Source of the DNA: an uncultured Muribaculaceae bacterium
GTDB lineage: Bacteria > Bacteroidota > Bacteroidia > Bacteroidales > Muribaculaceae
Assembly (NCBI GenBank): GCA_944321725.1
Contig: CALUMI010000008.1
Span: forward strand, 641 to 64,640
Direction of reading: 5' to 3'
DNA length: 64,000 bases
Shown here: positions 58,117-64,000 of the stretch, in pieces
How positions within the stretch are numbered: position 1 is the stretch's first letter
Layout of the letters: the number at the start of each line of letters is the position of its first letter
Notes under the pieces: model-generated
Database searches by the model: none
Told to the model about the DNA's origin: nothing
What the model saw: only the letters and a program-made list of their open reading frames with translations
Translations under genes and position numbers: made by a program

Positions 58117-60549
58117 ATGAGGTTATCTGATTTGAAAACCGGCGAAACCGGTGTCATTGTTAAAATATTGGGTCACGGCTCTTTCCGCAAGCGTGTCATG
58201 GAAATGGGGTTTGTGAAAGGAAAGAAAATTTTGGTGGAGCTCAACGCGCCGCTTCGCGACCCCATAAAATATAAGATTCTGGACTATGAGATTTCTTTGC
58301 GCCGAGCGGAGGCAGATTTGATAGAGGTGATAAAAGAGCCTGCCGACGGGGATTTCACTCCTCCTCAGGATGTGGCTTTTATCAGCGAGGATGGCGACGG
58401 TTTCATCAACACTTTCGACAAGGAGCGACGCACTATCAACGTCGCGCTGATAGGCAATCCTAATTGCGGCAAGACCTCTCTTTTCAATTTCGCGTCGGGT
58501 TCCAAAGAGCATGTGGGCAACTATAGCGGTGTGACTGTTGACGCGAAGACCGGAACGATGAGATATAAGGGGTATTTGTTCAATATCGTTGATTTGCCCG
58601 GCACATACTCGCTGTCGGCCTATTCTCCGGAAGAATTATATGTAAGACGCTATCTTCACGACGAAGTTCCCGATGTGATAATCAACGTTGTTGACTCATC
58701 TAATCTCGAACGCAATTTTTACCTTACGACAGAGCTTATCGACATGGATCGCAGCATGGTCATCGCTTTGAATATGTATGACGAACTTGAGCGCAGCAAG
58801 GTGGAATTTGATTATGAGAGTTTGTCGAGGATGATAGGTGTGCCGATGGTGCCTACCGTGTCGAAAACCGGAAGAGGAATACATGAGCTGTTCGACACAA
58901 TAATCGAGGTTTATGAGGGACGCAATGAGGTTGTAAGGCATGTGCATATCGGTTTTGGCAACGATATAGAATCTGCGGTAAAAGAGATACAGACCGCATT
59001 GAAAAAGGAGAATGAGCTTGACATGCACTTCTCCGCCCGCTATCTTTCCATAAAATTGCTTGAAGACGACAAGGAAGTAGTGTCGATGCTGTGCAAACTA
59101 CCTCATTACAAAGAGATAAGGAAACTGCGCGACGAGCTTGTGGCGCGTATTGAGGAAACGCATAAAGAAGACATCGCCACTACGATCGCGAGCTCGAAGT
59201 ATGGGTTTGTTTCCGGTGCGTTGCGCGAAACTCTTAAAGAGTCGGAGAAAGAAGAGTCAAAGACTACTTCAATGATAGATTCTGTGGTGACAAGCCGTAT
59301 TTTCGGTTTTCCGATATTCATATTCCTTATGTGGCTGATGTTTTGGGCGACATTTGAGGTTGGACAGTATCCTATGGACTGGATAGACGCGCTTGTCGGG
59401 TGGATTGGCGACATGATAGGTACATATTTGCCAGACGGACCGGTTAAGGACATGCTTGTGGATGGAGTAATCGGAGGTGTGGGAGGCGTTATTGTGTTTC
59501 TTCCGAATATACTGATACTTTATTTTTTCATCTCTTTTATGGAGGATTCCGGATATATGGCCCGCGCGGCTTTTATCATGGACAAGATTATGCACAAAAT
59601 AGGGCTTCACGGCAAATCGTTCATTCCGATGATTATGGGATTTGGCTGCAACGTGCCTGCCATTATCGCCACCCGCACCATAGAAAGCAAAAGCAGCCGG
59701 CTGATTACCATATTGATTAACCCTTTCATGTCGTGCGGTGCGCGGTTGCCTATCTATCTGCTTTTGGTGGGAGCCTTTTTCCCGAACCATGCGAGTTTGG
59801 TGTTGCTGGGGCTGTATGCTTTGGGAGTGATTGTTGCCGTGATTACGGCAAAATTGTTGCGCAAGTTCCATTTCAAGAAAGATGAAACGCCTTTTGTAAT
59901 GGAGTTGCCGCCTTACCGTATCCCCACAATGAAAGCCACAATGCGCCACATGTGGGCTAAAGGCCAACAGTATTTGAAAAAAATGGGTGGGGTTATTCTT
60001 GTCGCAAGCCTTATAATTTGGCTGTTGAGCTATTTTCCGCGTCCTAATGCAGAGCAGATAGAAGAAAGCCGCGTGGAATATGCGCAAACTCATGTTTCCG
60101 GTAATTTGGACGACGCTGCAATAGAAAAAATAGCCGCTACGGAAAATTCTTATCTCGGGCGGATAGGCAAGTTCATACAGCCTGTATTCGAACCGCTTGG
60201 CTTCAATTGGAAGATGACCATCTCTCTGCTTTCCGGAACTGTGGCAAAAGAAACGGTGGTGTCGACGATAGGAGTGCTTTACAGTGGCGATGATGCTGCC
60301 GATGAAGCGGCTTTGGCTGAACGGATACAGGAGGTTAATCCCCGTACAGGACAACCGGATTTTACACCGTTGGTGGCATTCTGCTTCTTGGTGTTTGTGC
60401 TTCTTTATGTGCCGTGTATCGCCACTGTGACAGCGATAGTGAAAGAAACGGGGAGTTGGAAATACGGGGTGTTCACCCTCTGCTATAATACGTTTGTGGC
60501 ATGGTTGTTCGCGTTTGTCATTTATCAGATAGGCTCTTTATTTATTTAG
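58117..60549 (+). CDS. feoB: ferrous iron transporter FeoB with fused N-terminal FeoA domain
   Basis: FeoA-like SH3 N-terminus (LSDLKTGETGVIVKI), G domain GNPNCGKTSLFN / DLPGTYS, and a polytopic C-terminus. Confidence 0.9.
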   Translation: MRLSDLKTGETGVIVKILGHGSFRKRVMEMGFVKGKKILVELNAPLRDPIKYKILDYEISLRRAEADLIEVIKEPADGDFTPPQDVAFISEDGDGFINTFDKERRTINVALIGNPNCGKTSLFNFASGSKEHVGNYSGVTVDAKTGTMRYKGYLFNIVDLPGTYSLSAYSPEELYVRRYLHDEVPDVIINVVDSSNLERNFYLTTELIDMDRSMVIALNMYDELERSKVEFDYESLSRMIGVPMVPTVSKTGRGIHELFDTIIEVYEGRNEVVRHVHIGFGNDIESAVKEIQTALKKENELDMHFSARYLSIKLLEDDKEVVSMLCKLPHYKEIRKLRDELVARIEETHKEDIATTIASSKYGFVSGALRETLKESEKEESKTTSMIDSVVTSRIFGFPIFIFLMWLMFWATFEVGQYPMDWIDALVGWIGDMIGTYLPDGPVKDMLVDGVIGGVGGVIVFLPNILILYFFISFMEDSGYMARAAFIMDKIMHKIGLHGKSFIPMIMGFGCNVPAIIATRTIESKSSRLITILINPFMSCGARLPIYLLLVGAFFPNHASLVLLGLYALGVIVAVITAKLLRKFHFKKDETPFVMELPPYRIPTMKATMRHMWAKGQQYLKKMGGVILVASLIIWLLSYFPRPNAEQIEESRVEYAQTHVSGNLDDAAIEKIAATENSYLGRIGKFIQPVFEPLGFNWKMTISLLSGTVAKETVVSTIGVLYSGDDAADEAALAERIQEVNPRTGQPDFTPLVAFCFLVFVLLYVPCIATVTAIVKETGSWKYGVFTLCYNTFVAWLFAFVIYQIGSLFI

Positions 60550-60568
60550 CAAATTGAATATAAATAGT

Positions 60569-60576
60569 TAACTTTG
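60569..60576 (+). promoter_or_regulatory. Bacteroidota -7 promoter element upstream of metG
   Basis: TAACTTTG abuts the feoB terminator stem. Confidence 0.4.
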
Positions 60577-60607
60577 CGGTTGCTTGTCGTCAGGCAACCG
60601 CTTTTTG
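60576..60607 (+). terminator. intrinsic terminator after feoB
   Basis: GCGGTTGC ... GCAACCGC stem followed by TTTTTG. Confidence 0.7.
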
Positions 60608-60617
60608 TTGAAATAAA

Positions 60618-62669
60618 ATGAAAATAAATATGGAGAAGAAATTCAAACGCACATTAGTAACAACGGCTTTGCCATACGCTAACGGGCCTGTTCACATAGG
60701 ACATTTGGCCGGTGTCTATGTTCCGGCTGACATTTATACCAGATATTTGCGTCTTAAAGGTGAGGATGTCATTATGATAGGAGGCTCGGATGAGCATGGA
60801 GTCCCCATCACAATCAAGGCGAAAAAGGAGGGGGTAACTCCGCAGAATATAGTTGACCGTTATCATAAGATTATAAAGGACTCATTCGAGGAGTTCGGAA
60901 TATCATTTGATATTTATTCACGTACCACCTCTAAAATTCATTGTAAGACCGCAAGCGACTTTTTCCGTGAATTATATGATAAAGGCGAGTTCATAGAAAA
61001 GACATCGATGCAATATTATGACGAGGAGGCTCATCAGTTCCTTGCCGACCGTTATATTGTGGGGACATGTCCGCATTGCAAGAATGACCACGCCTATGGC
61101 GATCAATGCGAGGCGTGCGGAACATCGTTGAACGCTACCGACTTGATAGATCCGCATTCTGCTATAACAGGCAACAAACCGGTGTTGAGAGAAACGAAGC
61201 ATTGGTATCTTCCTTTGGATAAATGGGAACCAAAATTGCGTAAATGGATTCTTGAGGAGCATAAAGAATGGAAGCCCAACGTTTACGGGCAATGCAAATC
61301 ATGGCTTGATATGGGATTGCAGCCGCGTGCCGTCAGCCGCGACTTGGATTGGGGTGTGCCTGTTCCTGTGGAAGGAGCGGAAGGCAAAGTGCTGTATGTG
61401 TGGTTTGACGCTCCTATAGGATATATCTCAAACACAAAAGAGCTTTTGCCTGACACATGGGAAAAATATTGGAAAAGCGAGGATACCCGTATAATCAATT
61501 TTATAGGTAAAGACAATATCGTATTCCATTGCATTGTTTTTCCGGCTATGCTTATGGCGGAAGGCTCGTATCAGTTGCCGGAAAATGTCCCCGCAAATGA
61601 GTTCTTGAATCTTGAGGGGGATAAAATATCCACATCGCGTAATTGGGCTGTATGGCTGCATGAATATTTGCGCGACTTGCCCGGCAAACAGGACGTTTTG
61701 CGCTATGTATTGACAGCTAACGCTCCTGAAACTAAAGACAATGATTTTACGTGGAAAGATTTTCAGGCTCGCAATAACAATGAGCTTGTCGCAATATTGG
61801 GTAATTTCGTGAACCGCACGATAGTGCTTACTCATAAGTATTATAACGGGGTAGTGCCGAATGCGGGTGAATTTACTGATTATGATTATGCTACGTTGAA
61901 AGAGTTCGCGGATGTAAAGCAGAATCTTGAAAAATATCTCGACACATTCCGTTTCCGTGACGCTTTGAAGGAGGCGATGAATCTTGCCCGTATCGGAAAC
62001 AAATATCTTGCGGATACTGAGCCGTGGAAAATTGCCAAGACAGATATGGCGAGGGTAGACACAATTCTTAACATTGCGATGCAAATCACGGCAAATCTTG
62101 CTATCGCGTTTGAGCCGTTTTTGCCGTTTATGTCGAAGCGTTTGCGCGGTATGCTGAACATGGAGGCGTGCGATTGGAACCGTTTGGGAGATGTCGACAT
62201 AATAGCTTCCGGACAAACGATAAACAAGGCGGAGCTGTTGTTTGAAAAGATAGAGGACGATGTGATTGAGGCGCAGATAAAAAAACTTCACGACACGAAA
62301 GAGGCCAATAAACTGAATGACTTCAAGCCGGCTCCTGTTGCGGAGAACATTCCGTATGATGATTTCTTGAAACTTGACATCCGTGTCGGTAAAGTGTTGG
62401 AATGCGCGAAAGTCCCGAAAGCGGATAAATTGCTTCAATTTAAAATTGATGACGGAATGGGGGGACGTACCATAGTTTCCGGCATAGCCAAGTATTATAA
62501 GCCTGAGGATTTGATTGGAAAGGAGCTCTGTTTTATTGCTAATTTTGAGCCCCGTAAGCTGAAAGGGGTAATGTCGGAAGGAATGATTTTGTCGGCGGAG
62601 AATCCAGACGGATCATTAGTCGTAATCGGTCCACAGGGTGAGGTTAAACCGGGTTGTCAGGTGAGATAA
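60618..62669 (+). CDS. metG: methionyl-tRNA synthetase with C-terminal tRNA-binding domain
   Basis: HIGH motif ([12 protein letters not shown]), zinc knuckle CPHC...C..CG and the KMSKS equivalent (KISTSR). The start could be at 60630. Confidence 0.95.
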   Translation: MKINMEKKFKRTLVTTALPYANGPVHIGHLAGVYVPADIYTRYLRLKGEDVIMIGGSDEHGVPITIKAKKEGVTPQNIVDRYHKIIKDSFEEFGISFDIYSRTTSKIHCKTASDFFRELYDKGEFIEKTSMQYYDEEAHQFLADRYIVGTCPHCKNDHAYGDQCEACGTSLNATDLIDPHSAITGNKPVLRETKHWYLPLDKWEPKLRKWILEEHKEWKPNVYGQCKSWLDMGLQPRAVSRDLDWGVPVPVEGAEGKVLYVWFDAPIGYISNTKELLPDTWEKYWKSEDTRIINFIGKDNIVFHCIVFPAMLMAEGSYQLPENVPANEFLNLEGDKISTSRNWAVWLHEYLRDLPGKQDVLRYVLTANAPETKDNDFTWKDFQARNNNELVAILGNFVNRTIVLTHKYYNGVVPNAGEFTDYDYATLKEFADVKQNLEKYLDTFRFRDALKEAMNLARIGNKYLADTEPWKIAKTDMARVDTILNIAMQITANLAIAFEPFLPFMSKRLRGMLNMEACDWNRLGDVDIIASGQTINKAELLFEKIEDDVIEAQIKKLHDTKEANKLNDFKPAPVAENIPYDDFLKLDIRVGKVLECAKVPKADKLLQFKIDDGMGGRTIVSGIAKYYKPEDLIGKELCFIANFEPRKLKGVMSEGMILSAENPDGSLVVIGPQGEVKPGCQVR

Positions 62670-62697
62670 AATAATATATTCTGCACCGGATTTGCTT

Positions 62698-62705
62698 TAT
62701 CTTTG
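62698..62705 (+). promoter_or_regulatory. Bacteroidota -7 promoter element upstream of ruvA
   Basis: TATCTTTG lies 21 nt upstream of the ATG. Confidence 0.45.
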
Positions 62706-62726
62706 TTGCGATATATTTGATATCTT

Positions 62727-63308
62727 ATGTTGGAATATATAAAAGGCGATGTGGCGGAGATTACGCCGGCATACATGGTGGTCGATTGCAACGGAATCGG
62801 CTATATGCTTAACATCTCATTAAACACATATACGGCATTGCAGAATCAGAGGAATGTCAAAGTGTTTGTATATGAGGCAATAAGGGAAGACGCTTATGTG
62901 CTATATGGCTTCTCCGACAAAATTGAGCGGGAAATGTTTATGCTGCTGATTTCGGTTTCCGGAGTAGGGCCGAACACTGCCCGGATGATTTTGTCCTCAC
63001 TGTCGGCCGATGATTTGCAGGCGGTGATAGCCTCAGGCAATGTCAATCAGCTGAAATTGGTTAAAGGCATCGGCGCAAAAACGGCGCAAAGAATAATTGT
63101 AGATTTGAAAGATAAAATAAAATCAGGTAATAATACGTTATTAGTACAATTAGAAGGAAGTTCGGAAACTTTCGACGAGGCTGTGGCAGCTCTTGTCATG
63201 TTGGGCTTTCCACGCCCGGCTGTGCAGAAAGCAGTTGGCAAATTGCTGAAAGACAAGCCTCTGATGAAAGTGGAGGACGCCATAAAAATGGCATTGAAAA
63301 TATTATAG
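62727..63308 (+). CDS. ruvA: Holliday junction DNA helicase subunit RuvA
   Basis: MLEYIKGDV..., HhH pairs ([26 protein letters not shown]). Confidence 0.9.
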   Translation: MLEYIKGDVAEITPAYMVVDCNGIGYMLNISLNTYTALQNQRNVKVFVYEAIREDAYVLYGFSDKIEREMFMLLISVSGVGPNTARMILSSLSADDLQAVIASGNVNQLKLVKGIGAKTAQRIIVDLKDKIKSGNNTLLVQLEGSSETFDEAVAALVMLGFPRPAVQKAVGKLLKDKPLMKVEDAIKMALKIL

Positions 63309-63313
63309 CCTGA

Positions 63314-64000
63314 ATGAGTAAATTTTATCTCGGAAAATATGTTTTGCCTATTGCAGCGGGGGCAGTGTGCCTCTTTTGCAGTTTTTTCGGATATGCCCAA
63401 TACAAAAAGTCCGAAATAGCTCCACCGCCTTCTGTTTTTGCGGGAAAGAGCAGCGAACATGGCGATACTTCTGCAATGCCTTATGGCGTAAGGCCTACAA
63501 TTACACCCGGATATGATGAGCTGTTGGGTAGCGGCAGGCAGGCTATAGATTTGAAAGACCCCTCGAATATAACGACAGAGGCTGTCTATGACAGTGAAAC
63601 TAATTGTTACATAATTCATACAAAAATCGGAGATCGCGAGATAAGCACACCTTTCATATTGTCTGCCGACGATTACAATAATCTTGAACTGCGAAAATCG
63701 ATGATGGATTATTATCGTCAGAAAAATGCGGAATTATATGAAAACAAGGGGAAAGAAAAATTCAACATTTTTGATATGAAGTTTTCTCTCGGCCCACTTG
63801 AGAAGGTTTTCGGGCCGGGTGGTGTGCAACTTAAAACGCAAGGTTCGGTGCAGGTGCAAATGGGAATCAAGTCGAATAAGACCGACAATCCGGCTTTGCC
63901 CGCGAGCGCGCGCAGAAAAACCTACTTTGATTTTGACCAAAAAATACAGGCGACTATTGACGCGTCGGTAGGCGACAAGTTGAAATTCAACATGTCGTAT
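63314..64000 (+). CDS. sprA: T9SS translocon protein SprA, N-terminal part (continues beyond the window end)
   Basis: Own translation from the ATG at 63314 stays open to the window end: MSKFYLGKYVLP...GPGGVQLKTQGSVQVQMGIKSNKTDNPALP...YFDFDQKIQATIDASVGDKLKFNMSY. This matches the SprA N-terminal pattern, and the position after ruvA is typical. Confidence 0.75.
   Translation, partial: MSKFYLGKYVLPIAAGAVCLFCSFFGYAQYKKSEIAPPPSVFAGKSSEHGDTSAMPYGVRPTITPGYDELLGSGRQAIDLKDPSNITTEAVYDSETNCYIIHTKIGDREISTPFILSADDYNNLELRKSMMDYYRQKNAELYENKGKEKFNIFDMKFSLGPLEKVFGPGGVQLKTQGSVQVQMGIKSNKTDNPALPASARRKTYFDFDQKIQATIDASVGDKLKFNMSY

Noticed and set aside
59269-60354. 361-aa minus-strand ORF
   Set aside because: It is antisense to feoB and is a shadow ORF.
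61428-62438. 336-aa minus-strand ORF
   Set aside because: It is antisense to metG and is a shadow ORF.

Overview
This is a 64-kb chromosomal segment of Bacteroidales type. Supporting signs are recurrent TAnnTTTG -7 promoter boxes, T9SS C-terminal sorting domains, the sprA N-terminus, a UpxY antiterminator and a FeoA-FeoB fusion. I call about 55 protein genes, densely packed and mostly housekeeping: tex, rluD, ugd, mltF, purM, cdsA, fabI, rsfS, ftsH, pfkA, hsp20, panCD, ffh, folD, an ABC-F ATPase, recR, engB, dsbD, mazG, topB, menDBC...menE, feoAB, metG and ruvA. There are four tRNAs: Thr-CGT, His-GTG, Gln-CTG and a CAT-anticodon tRNA. I see no rRNA, CRISPR array, transposase or integrase. The most unusual locus is 51.7-57.0 kb. 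There, an 824-nt ORF-free, hairpin-rich stretch and a 1479-aa signal-peptide-bearing TPR-CHAT (caspase-like) gene sit between menC and menE. The CHAT ORF shows a sharp internal composition break, with a roughly 30% GC TPR array inside roughly 50-60% GC flanks. Secondary items:
- a ferritin-like gene whose ferroxidase ligands appear substituted, with a palindrome-rich upstream region
- a 75-nt near-perfect hairpin in a 640-nt orphan intergenic region
- a GLUG-repeat T9SS cargo gene that appears 5'-truncated and lies between two tRNAs
- a canonical Shine-Dalgarno sequence at hsp20
All calls come from reading the ORF translations and the sequence by eye. No database search was possible.
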